Positions 45,843 to 53,849 of a DNA stretch of 64,000 nucleotides are shown here, one piece after another. The stretch comes from an uncultured Eubacteriales bacterium (GTDB lineage: Bacteria; Acidobacteriota; Aminicenantia; Aminicenantales; UBA4085). The stretch lies in contig CAZIDN010000009.1 of NCBI GenBank assembly GCA_964537875.1, positions 3,043 to 67,042 on the forward strand. The letters run 5' to 3'. A model generated the notes under the pieces. That model did not search any database, was not told the DNA's origin, and saw only the letters and a program-made list of their open reading frames with translations. Positions within the stretch are counted from its first letter, which is position 1. The number at the start of each line of letters is the position of its first letter. The position numbers and the translations under genes are program-made.

Positions 45843-47432
45843 TCAGCGGAGGAGCCGAATTTCAAAAACGGCCAGGCCGAGGCGGCGCGTGTCGCCGCTG
45901 CCGGAGTCTTCTCCGGGAACAAAGGTCGGCGTGGAGAGCTCGATTCTATAGAGGCGGGAAGGTGAAAAATCGAATGCGGCCGTGAAATTCCCCCGACCTC
46001 CCTTTTTCCCGAAAAAGACAAATCTTTTTTCCTCGCGAAACGTCCTGGTTTCCTCTTCATAAACCTGGAGAGAGGCCTGCAGCGGGGCCGTATCATCGAG
46101 CTCGGAGAAAAAGCGGATCTCGATCGTCCGGGCCGGGATGCGGACAAAGACATAGCTGCGGGCCAAGCCCTGCGTCCATCGTCCGCCTACGCCATAGAGG
46201 TCCTTCTCCCAATCCCACCAGCCGCCGCCGAATTTATCCACGACCTGTTCTTTGGCGGCGAGCGGCCCGGTGTCAAAGATAAAGACGCGGCCCTTGCATC
46301 GACGGCAGACCGTCTCAGTCATGGCGTTCCGCCGGATGGCGGCCCGCTTTTCCGAGCGCAGCACGTCTTCTAACTTCGTGCTATCGATATTCCCCAAGCG
46401 CATCTCACCTTCATAATCCAAGCAGCAAAGGACGAAATCGCCGTTGGACAGGAGCCCGACGTTTTCCGCCATAATGCACGCCCGGGACTCTGTATTTTCT
46501 TCGATATAAACGTACTTGTCGGCAGGGACAACGCGCCGGATAAACGCCCAATCCCGGGCCCAGAGTTCCAGCGACTTGAAAACCAGCAGCACGCTGGGCA
46601 GAAACATATATCCCCAGAACATCTCGTCCTTCAGGCGACGGAAATTCTCTGGAAGCTGGTCCCTGGTCAGGGCCACGCGGGAGCCGATATGATCCCGGTA
46701 TTTCTGCAGGGCAAAATTCGTTTCGTCTTCAAACGAACGGGGATATCGGGACCGGATCGTTCGGGCGAACCGGTCCAGCCTGTCGAGCATTCTCCGGATC
46801 CATTTGAGCTCAGCTTCTTCGCTTGAAAAATTCTGCCACAAGTGAAGATCAGAATCACTCTGTATGGTGGGATCGTGGGACAGGACATAGTTGGAGGCGA
46901 CGTGGATCTCCAGCCTGGCCGAGCTTCCCATCCGGAACTTCTCCTCCACCACATCGAAGAAGATCGGGAAGAAATCCTTGAATTTGAGCCGGTCATAGCC
47001 TCTCATCCGGTAAGCCTGCCGGGTGACGGTCTGGAGGCTCATGGCCAATGTCGCGTTGTTGTGCTTGAGGATCTCCCGCTGGACATGCTTGTCGGCGAGA
47101 AGAGTCATGTTTGTAATCAGTGTCACGGGATGCCCGTATGCCTCAAATAGCTCGAGATATTCGAAGAGCCGTTTATTCAATAGCGGTTCGCCCAGGACGT
47201 TCAGGAGAACGGATGTTTTGATGTCCAGGGCCTGGAGCTCGTCCATCAGTTTGCGAAAGCGGGAATCCGCCAGGTGCTCCTTCTGTCTCCGGAGAATATC
47301 CGACGGGCAAAACGTGCAGTGCATATTGCAGTGGCTGGTCAGCTCGATAAAAAGAGTTTTCGGCGGGTCGAGGGGCGCATGGCTGTTTGGGCGGGACGTT
47401 TCTTCAGGCATCGGCTCGACTGTTTTTTGCAT
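45843..47432 (-). CDS. Radical SAM protein with SPASM/twitch domain and C-terminal beta domain
   Basis: CNMHCTFC, GEPLL, VLCCLDYEG...LGNI...CRRC. Confidence 0.9.
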   Translation of the reverse strand: MQKTVEPMPEETSRPNSHAPLDPPKTLFIELTSHCNMHCTFCPSDILRRQKEHLADSRFRKLMDELQALDIKTSVLLNVLGEPLLNKRLFEYLELFEAYGHPVTLITNMTLLADKHVQREILKHNNATLAMSLQTVTRQAYRMRGYDRLKFKDFFPIFFDVVEEKFRMGSSARLEIHVASNYVLSHDPTIQSDSDLHLWQNFSSEEAELKWIRRMLDRLDRFARTIRSRYPRSFEDETNFALQKYRDHIGSRVALTRDQLPENFRRLKDEMFWGYMFLPSVLLVFKSLELWARDWAFIRRVVPADKYVYIEENTESRACIMAENVGLLSNGDFVLCCLDYEGEMRLGNIDSTKLEDVLRSEKRAAIRRNAMTETVCRRCKGRVFIFDTGPLAAKEQVVDKFGGGWWDWEKDLYGVGGRWTQGLARSYVFVRIPARTIEIRFFSELDDTAPLQASLQVYEEETRTFREEKRFVFFGKKGGRGNFTAAFDFSPSRLYRIELSTPTFVPGEDSGSGDTRRLGLAVFEIRLLR

Positions 47433-47496
47433 TTATAGCATAAGGGATGAAGGAAAGCAAAAATCCTGCTTGCCGCTAAATTTGCCGATAGAAATG

Positions 47497-47736
47497 CCCG
47501 ACGGGTCCTGTCGGACACTCTTGGAGGGAAACCCTTATTCTGGGTTTCCCTCCAACGATCGCTTCGCTCCCTGCCATCCTTCCAAAGAGCATTTGACTAT
47601 GAATTCATGGGAGGATGCTCCTTGGAGGGGTAGCAGGGCGGGCGGGTATTCCCGCCGCCCCGTTAGAGGGGGACCCTATGAAAGGGTCCTCCTCCAAGTG
47701 TGTCCGGGGGGCCCCCGAACCACGCCACCCGTCGGG
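47497..47736. other. Highly structured multi-hairpin intergenic element (ncRNA or repeat)
   Basis: Closing IRs 47497-47506/47727-47736 (10/10) and 47512-47527/47691-47706 (15/16) enclose four internal hairpins. Confidence 0.6.
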
Positions 47737-47863
47737 TGGGGGTTCTAATTGTTGATTTAGTGGAAAGTCAAGCACTTTTGGCTAGTGAGCTTTTCCTATC
47801 GGCGAATTTGGGGTTGTCCCTGATCCTTGACATCGGTAGGCAAGTTGACTCATAGTCTGGAAG

Positions 47864-50236
47864 ATGACGCGAGTCCAGAGGCTGCTGCGCCAGGTCTTTT
47901 TTCTCCTGGCGGCCCTGTCTGTAGCTCTCTTCCTTCAATTCCGCAGCCAGGTCCCGTCCTTCACGATTCTTCACCACGCTTTCCGCTTTCAGCCGGGATC
48001 ATTTGTTTTATCGGCGGCCCTGATCTACCTTCTTCTTCTCCTCGTCTGGGGCTTGTTCTCTCAATGGCTGGTCAAGAGCTGCGGGATAAAATACAAAGAA
48101 GCCCTGGCCCTGGAGTTTCTGACATATCTGCCGCTGTTATCTTTCATCCTGACCCCGCTCGCGCTTCTCCATTATCTGACATTAGACGATCTCCAGGAGC
48201 GTCTAAAGCTCTTCCTCCTGGCCGTAATCTTTGCCGTTTTCTACCTCAAGGCTGTTCAATCCCTTCACTTGAGCCGGGAAAGGCAGACCGTCTGGAGACG
48301 GTTGTCCGAGAAATTCTTCGCTCTTTCTCTTCGAAAAAGGATCCTTCTCCTCTTCTTGGCCGCCCTTCTTGTTTACAACGCAGGCGCCGCTCTCATGAAT
48401 TCGAACGGGGTCACTTTTTCAGGAGACGAACCCCACTATCTTCTGATCGCCCACAGCCTCCTCCATGATAAGGACATCGACCTGGCCAATAACTATGACC
48501 GGCAGGACTACGCGAAATATTTGGCTCCGGGGACATTCATTCGCGCCCACTCAATCCCCGGGGCGAAAGCGGACAGCCAATATTCTTTCCATTCTCCGGG
48601 GATTTCCCTGCTCATGCTTCCGTTCTATGCCCTGGGCAGCTTGTTTGGGCTAAAGGGAATTCTCTTTTTTGTCCGGCTGGGCATGAGCATTTTCGGCGCC
48701 CTGCTGGGAATCCAGATGTACCTCTATGCCAGGCAGGAATGGCGCAGGGAGAAGCTGGCCCTGGGTCTGTGGTTTTTGTTCAGCTTCACATCTCCCGTCT
48801 TTTTCTTCTCCATCCATGTTTATCCGGAGCTCATCGCCTGCCTCTTCTCGCTCACGACCTTCCGCCTCCTCCGCTTTTCCTCCGGCCTTGCCAAACCGCG
48901 GCTCCTGCTTCTCGGATTCCTGATCTCATCGTTTCTCTGGTTCCATGCCCTGAAGTATCTGCCGATCATGGGGCCGCTTTTTCTCTACGGCCTCTGGATT
49001 CTCTTCAAAAAACAAAAAGGCCGCGGCCTCGTCTATTTTCTGGCCTTGGCTGGGGCGAACCTGGCCCTCTATTTTTATTTCCAGTATTCGCTGTACGGCT
49101 CCCTGAACCCGACGTCTGTGACCTGGCAGGGAGCCATGGACGGACAGCAGACCTTGAATTTTCTAAAGGAAATCTTGACTAGCATTCCGTTCCGCTTTCG
49201 CTGGGAGACTTTGGCCGGCTATTTCTTGGACCAAAGAGACGGTCTTCTTTTTTACGCGCCCATCTACTTTTTTGCTTTGCTGGGCCTGGTCGAGATGGCC
49301 CGGAAAAAAGGCAAAGATTTTCTCCTGCTCCTATTTATCATCGCTCCCTACATTCTATTTTACGCGTTCGCGGCGCAAAGGGCGGGATATTCTCCGCAGG
49401 CTAGGCCGATCATGGCCGTCATTTGGGGAATGGCGGTCGGACTCGGCTATTTTCTGGCCTACAATGCGAAAAAAATATTTTCTTATCTTTTGAATATCGC
49501 CGTCGCCCTCAGCTTGGTCTTTGTCTGGATCCTCCTTCAAAGTCCGCTGGCCCTTTTGCAGCCGACGACGGTCGGGACGACGGAGCGCGGCGGAGATCTC
49601 TTCTACCGGCTCAGCAACCTGCATTTTTACCTGACAAATTGGCTCCCGTCTTATATCAAAGTCGAGGAGTGGAGGTGGCTTCCAAACTTCGCCTGGCTGG
49701 GTGTTCTGGCCGTTTTCCTGGCGGCCTATCTCCTCGTCCGTAAGCACGAATTTTCCATCAAGTTCTCCCGGCATCTGGTTCTGACATTCTGCGGACTGGC
49801 CGTCTTTTTTGCCTGGTTCGTCTTCTATCCCCGGACCGCCCCCTATCCGCCCGTCAAGGCCTCCCTTCCCTCCGGCGACAAGCTCACGTTCTACGGCCTC
49901 TCCCGCGTGGCCCTGATGCGCGAGCCGGCCAAATTCTCGCTGCTCGAAGACAACCGCGATTATGATTTCACCTTTGCCTCATGGAGAAAAATCCAAAAGC
50001 TCAAGCTGGAATTCGGGTCATTAGCGGGCGATTACCTCCTTCGGCTCCGCTTTTTTGACCAGCCGGTGATGGAGGAAAAGACTGGGAAAGAGGTCCGGAC
50101 GGTCGTTTTTGAATCGCCGCCCGCCTACCGCCGGAAGAACCTCTTCCTGTACAAGGTTTCGATCCACCTCGAACGGCAGTCGGACGTCCGGACGGTCCTC
50201 AACCCCTACGTTTTTGCGATCCGTCCCGTCCGTTGA
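47864..50236 (+). CDS. Polytopic membrane GT-C fold glycosyltransferase (ArnT/PMT-like)
   Basis: Many TM segments; GDEPHY motif in the first large loop; VYPEL; soluble C-terminal domain. Confidence 0.72.
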   Translation: MTRVQRLLRQVFFLLAALSVALFLQFRSQVPSFTILHHAFRFQPGSFVLSAALIYLLLLLVWGLFSQWLVKSCGIKYKEALALEFLTYLPLLSFILTPLALLHYLTLDDLQERLKLFLLAVIFAVFYLKAVQSLHLSRERQTVWRRLSEKFFALSLRKRILLLFLAALLVYNAGAALMNSNGVTFSGDEPHYLLIAHSLLHDKDIDLANNYDRQDYAKYLAPGTFIRAHSIPGAKADSQYSFHSPGISLLMLPFYALGSLFGLKGILFFVRLGMSIFGALLGIQMYLYARQEWRREKLALGLWFLFSFTSPVFFFSIHVYPELIACLFSLTTFRLLRFSSGLAKPRLLLLGFLISSFLWFHALKYLPIMGPLFLYGLWILFKKQKGRGLVYFLALAGANLALYFYFQYSLYGSLNPTSVTWQGAMDGQQTLNFLKEILTSIPFRFRWETLAGYFLDQRDGLLFYAPIYFFALLGLVEMARKKGKDFLLLLFIIAPYILFYAFAAQRAGYSPQARPIMAVIWGMAVGLGYFLAYNAKKIFSYLLNIAVALSLVFVWILLQSPLALLQPTTVGTTERGGDLFYRLSNLHFYLTNWLPSYIKVEEWRWLPNFAWLGVLAVFLAAYLLVRKHEFSIKFSRHLVLTFCGLAVFFAWFVFYPRTAPYPPVKASLPSGDKLTFYGLSRVALMREPAKFSLLEDNRDYDFTFASWRKIQKLKLEFGSLAGDYLLRLRFFDQPVMEEKTGKEVRTVVFESPPAYRRKNLFLYKVSIHLERQSDVRTVLNPYVFAIRPVR

Positions 50237-50978
50237 ACATTTCGAACTTGACCAGCCCCTTTTTATGAAGCTTGAACTTGACCAATGTCTTGAGAATGGA
50301 AAGCCCGTAGACGATGCTCCGGCCGAGCCCGATCTGCGAGGCGGCGGGAAAGTAGCGCGTCTCGATCGGGATCTCCTTGATCCGCATCCTGTGGAGAACG
50401 CCCTGGGCGATGATCTCGGAATCAAAGACGAAGTTGTCGGAGTTCTTCATGAATTTGACGGTCTCCAGGTAGCGCCGGGAATAGGCCCGGAGCCCCGAAT
50501 GATATTCGGTCAGATACATGTAAAAGGTGGCGTTCTCGAGGGCCGTCAGGAAAATATTGGCCAGGTACTTCCATTTGGGCATGCCGCCTTCGAGCGGCCG
50601 GCCGCCCAGCATGCGCGACCCGAACACGGCGTCGCATTCGTCATACAGGAGGGGCATGACGAGCTGGGGAATGACCCGCGGGTCATACTGATGGTCAGGA
50701 TGGACCATAATCATGATCTCACCGCCCAGCTTCAAGGCCTCTGTATAGCAGGTTTTCTGGTTGCCGCCGTAGCCCCTGTTTTTGTCATGGACAAAAACGC
50801 GCAGTCCTAATTTTTTGGCGAGGTCGACCGTGTCGTCCCGGCTGCGGTCATCGACGAGAATGATCTCATCGACCCAGTCCCGAGGGATATCGTCGAGCGT
50901 CTGTTCGAGCGTCTTGACGGCGTTGTAGGCCGGCATGACGACGATTACTTTTTTGGCCCGCTTTGGTTTTTCGTCCAA
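50199..50978 (-). CDS. GT2 polyprenol-phosphate glycosyltransferase (Dpm1/ArnC-like)
   Basis: VMPAYN, VDDRSRD, NRGYG, HPDHQYDP and GSR. TTG start at 50978 with GAGGTG RBS. Confidence 0.9.
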   Translation of the reverse strand: MDEKPKRAKKVIVVMPAYNAVKTLEQTLDDIPRDWVDEIILVDDRSRDDTVDLAKKLGLRVFVHDKNRGYGGNQKTCYTEALKLGGEIMIMVHPDHQYDPRVIPQLVMPLLYDECDAVFGSRMLGGRPLEGGMPKWKYLANIFLTALENATFYMYLTEYHSGLRAYSRRYLETVKFMKNSDNFVFDSEIIAQGVLHRMRIKEIPIETRYFPAASQIGLGRSIVYGLSILKTLVKFKLHKKGLVKFEMFNGRDGSQKRRG

Positions 50979-51056
50979 GCGCTCACCTCGCGATTCTCGG
51001 AGTGCTTTACTTATACCATAAAGCAGCGCCCCTTCTCCACCCTCTATGCCGGCCTG

Positions 51057-51436
51057 ATGACGCCGGAGCAAGGGCAGGCGGCGAGAGAGGCCCTGCTCAG
51101 CACGCCCCTGCGAGCAAGGATCGATGCGCTCTCGAATTACTTTATGGACCGGAGAGACGGACTACTTCTCTATACGTCTTTCTACGTCTTTGCCTTTCTC
51201 GGTATCGTCGAAATGGCCCGCAGGGCGAGGTGGCCGTGGATGTCCGATTCTTCGACCTTCCGCTTTTTGAGGGACGGACAAAGAATGAGAAGAAAGAATG
51301 GATCTTCGAGCCGCCGGCCTATTTCCCTTTCCGCAGTCTCTACGTGTATGAGATCAGCGTGGCTTTCAAGGAGAGACCCTCCGGGAACTTGGCCGTCAAT
51401 CCCTATTTTTTGCAGATTGTTCCGGTGAAGGACTAG
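51057..51436 (+). pseudogene. Collapsed remnant of a paralog of the GT-C gene 47864-50236
   Basis: Frame 1 (LSNYFMDRRDGLLLYTSFYVFAFLGIVEMARR) matches LAGYFLDQRDGLLFYAPIYFFALLGLVEMARK. Another frame (DVRFFDLP...IFEPPAY...NPYFLQIVPVKD) matches the GT-C C-terminus. Confidence 0.8.
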
Positions 51437-52439
51437 GACGGGAGCGGGGATACGCATCCAGGTTCAAAGAGACGGCGTGCTTTTTCTCGCTCCTGAGCTT
51501 TTCCAAGGCTAGCCCGCCGACCATGGCCGCATTGTCCGTGCACAATTTGGGTGAAGGGATATAGGAATTCAGGCCGCCAGATACAGCCCTCTTTTCAAAC
51601 TCGGCCCGGAGCCTTTTGTTGCGGGCGACACCGCCGCAGAGGATCAGGGACTTCGGGTGGAGGCGATCGGCCGCCCGGAACATATTTTCGAGAAGCGCCC
51701 GGACGACAGCGCTTTCGAAGCTTGCCAAAAAATCTCTGAGCTGGGGATGTCCCTTGGAAATCCCATTTTCCCTGATGATCTTCAGGGCCGCCGTCTTGAG
51801 CCCGCTGAAGCTGAAATCAAGGCTGCGGTCGGTCATCCGCGGCAGGGCAAAATCGAATCGGGACGGGTCGCCGTTCTCGGCCAATTTCTGAATCACCGGC
51901 CCTCCCGGATAACCCAGCTCCAGGAACTTGGCGATTTTATCCAGGGCCTCGCCGGCCGCATCATCCCGCGTTCTGCCGACAAGGTCAAAGCGCAGTTTTT
52001 TCTTCAAAAAAAAGAGGGAAGTATGCCCTCCGGAAACGATCAACGCCAAGGCTGGAAATGAAATGTCCCGGTGTTCGAGAAAGGCGCTTTGGATATGGGC
52101 CTGGACATGGTCGATCCCGATCAGGGGCTTTTGAAAATAATAGGCCAGCCCCTTGGCGAAGGACAATCCGACCAGAAGCGAACCGATGAGGCCCGGACCC
52201 TGGGTGACGGCATAGACATCGATTTTTTCGAGCGAAATGCCGGCGACGGCCAGGCTTTCCCGGACAATGGGATCGATGGATTTCAGGTGCTGGCGCGAGG
52301 CCAGCTCCGGGACCACCCCGCCATAGGGAGCATGGATCTCGTCCTGGGACAAGACGATGTTGCTCAGGATTTTAAAATCGCCGTCCAGGACGGCCGCCGC
52401 CGTCTCGTCACAGGATGTTTCAATGGCTAAGACGTGCAT
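51396..52439 (-). CDS. tsaD: tRNA N6-adenosine threonylcarbamoyltransferase
   Basis: LAIETSCDETAAAV, GGVVPELASRQH, HVQAH, VSGGHT, DDAAGEALDK, FSFSGLKTA and CTDNAAM. Confidence 0.97.
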   Translation of the reverse strand: MHVLAIETSCDETAAAVLDGDFKILSNIVLSQDEIHAPYGGVVPELASRQHLKSIDPIVRESLAVAGISLEKIDVYAVTQGPGLIGSLLVGLSFAKGLAYYFQKPLIGIDHVQAHIQSAFLEHRDISFPALALIVSGGHTSLFFLKKKLRFDLVGRTRDDAAGEALDKIAKFLELGYPGGPVIQKLAENGDPSRFDFALPRMTDRSLDFSFSGLKTAALKIIRENGISKGHPQLRDFLASFESAVVRALLENMFRAADRLHPKSLILCGGVARNKRLRAEFEKRAVSGGLNSYIPSPKLCTDNAAMVGGLALEKLRSEKKHAVSLNLDAYPRSRPSPSPEQSAKNRD

Positions 52440-53470
52440 CAGCTTTTCGCTAGCGGGGTCAAATTTTTCTCATAAGGCGGGTAAATGATTCCTCGCTCTG
52501 TGATAAAAGCCGTTATATACCGCGCAGGAGTGACGTCGAAGGCCGGGTTGCGGACCGGCGCGTCCGGTACCGTGATCAGCCGGCCATTGATTTCCTTGAC
52601 TTCTTGGGCCGGCCTCTCTTCGATCGGGATCCTCCCGCCGTCCTCCATAGAGAAATCAAAGGTGCTCAGCGGCGCCGCGACATAAAAAGGAATTTTGTTC
52701 TCCTTGGCCAGGACGGCCACGGAATAGGTTCCGATCTTGTTGGCGGCGTCGCCGTTGCGGGCGATCCTATCAGCGCCGACGATGGCCAGGCTGATCTCCC
52801 TTTTTTGCATCAGCCAGCCCGCCATATTATCGGCAATGAGAACATAGGGAATTCCCAGCTTCGAAAGCTCCCAGGCTGTGAGCCGCGCCCCTTGGAGAAA
52901 AGGCCTTGTCTCATCGACGAAAACCTTGATCTTTTTCCCTTCCTCGAAAGCGGCGCGGATGACGCCCACGGCCGTCCCCCAGCCAGCCGTGGCCAACGCA
53001 CCTGCATTGCAGTGCGTGAGGACCGCATCGCCGTCCTTGATCAAGGATTTGCCGAAAGAGCCGATTCTTTTATTAATTTCAATATCCTCGCGCTCGATGG
53101 CCAGCGCTTCTTCGATAAGCCTCTTTTGCAGGGCCGGCAGAGCCAAGCCTCGGTTTTCTTCATAGACCCGCTGCATCCTCTCCAGGGCCCAGAAAAGGTT
53201 GCGAGCCGTCGGCCGCGTCGCCTTAAGCCGCTGATAAATCCGGGAAAATCCTTCATCGGCATCCTCTTGAGAGGCCACCTTCAAGAATCCAAGGGCGACG
53301 CCGAACGCGGCTGCCACGCCGATGGCCGGTGCGCCGCGGATGACCATTTTTTCGATGGCCTCGGCGACGCTTTCATAATCCCGGCATTCCACATAAACTT
53401 CTTCGCCGGGCAGTTTTCTCTGGTCGATCATGACGACTTTGTCTTCGGCCCATTCAATCGTTGGCAGCAT
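52439..53470 (-). CDS. mtnA: S-methyl-5-thioribose-1-phosphate isomerase
   Basis: [49 protein letters not shown] and NPAFDVTP. Confidence 0.97.
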   Translation of the reverse strand: MLPTIEWAEDKVVMIDQRKLPGEEVYVECRDYESVAEAIEKMVIRGAPAIGVAAAFGVALGFLKVASQEDADEGFSRIYQRLKATRPTARNLFWALERMQRVYEENRGLALPALQKRLIEEALAIEREDIEINKRIGSFGKSLIKDGDAVLTHCNAGALATAGWGTAVGVIRAAFEEGKKIKVFVDETRPFLQGARLTAWELSKLGIPYVLIADNMAGWLMQKREISLAIVGADRIARNGDAANKIGTYSVAVLAKENKIPFYVAAPLSTFDFSMEDGGRIPIEERPAQEVKEINGRLITVPDAPVRNPAFDVTPARYITAFITERGIIYPPYEKNLTPLAKS

Positions 53471-53496
53471 CTTGATTTCTCTCCTGGGTCATCTCC

Positions 53497-53580
53497 GGGG
53501 TCGAACCTCAACAATCAACATGTTAAACGCCGACGGGATAAGAAGCTAGGAAAAAATGTTGATTGTTGAGGTTTGACCCC
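53497..53580. repeat. 84-bp long-arm variant of the GGGGTCAAACC palindrome
   Basis: GGGGTCGAACCTCAACAATCAACAT...ATGTTGATTGTTGAGGTTTGACCCC (24/25 IR). Confidence 0.85.
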
Positions 53581-53849
53581 GATCATTCTATTCCTCGCGA
53601 TGAGTATAGTGGCAAAAGGGGAAAAAGGCAAAAATGCTGGAACCTGCCGCGGCATGCCTCCCCCCGTCCGCGCTCAAGACTCCCCTTACCCACCACCATG
53701 AGCCTCGGGCGAGCGTGGGCATCCTACGCCACGCGACAGTCTTTTCACGAAATGCCGGGATTTGACTTCTCAGCTTCGGCACTATTAAAATTGTGCTGGA
53801 ACTGCCCAGAAGTCAAAAAGGATCACTTTTTCTGAAACTGAATTAGACA

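Noticed and set aside
51396-51436. 41-bp convergent overlap of tsaD with the GT-C relic
   Set aside because: Most simply a by-product of decay of the neighbouring pseudogene; no evidence of function.
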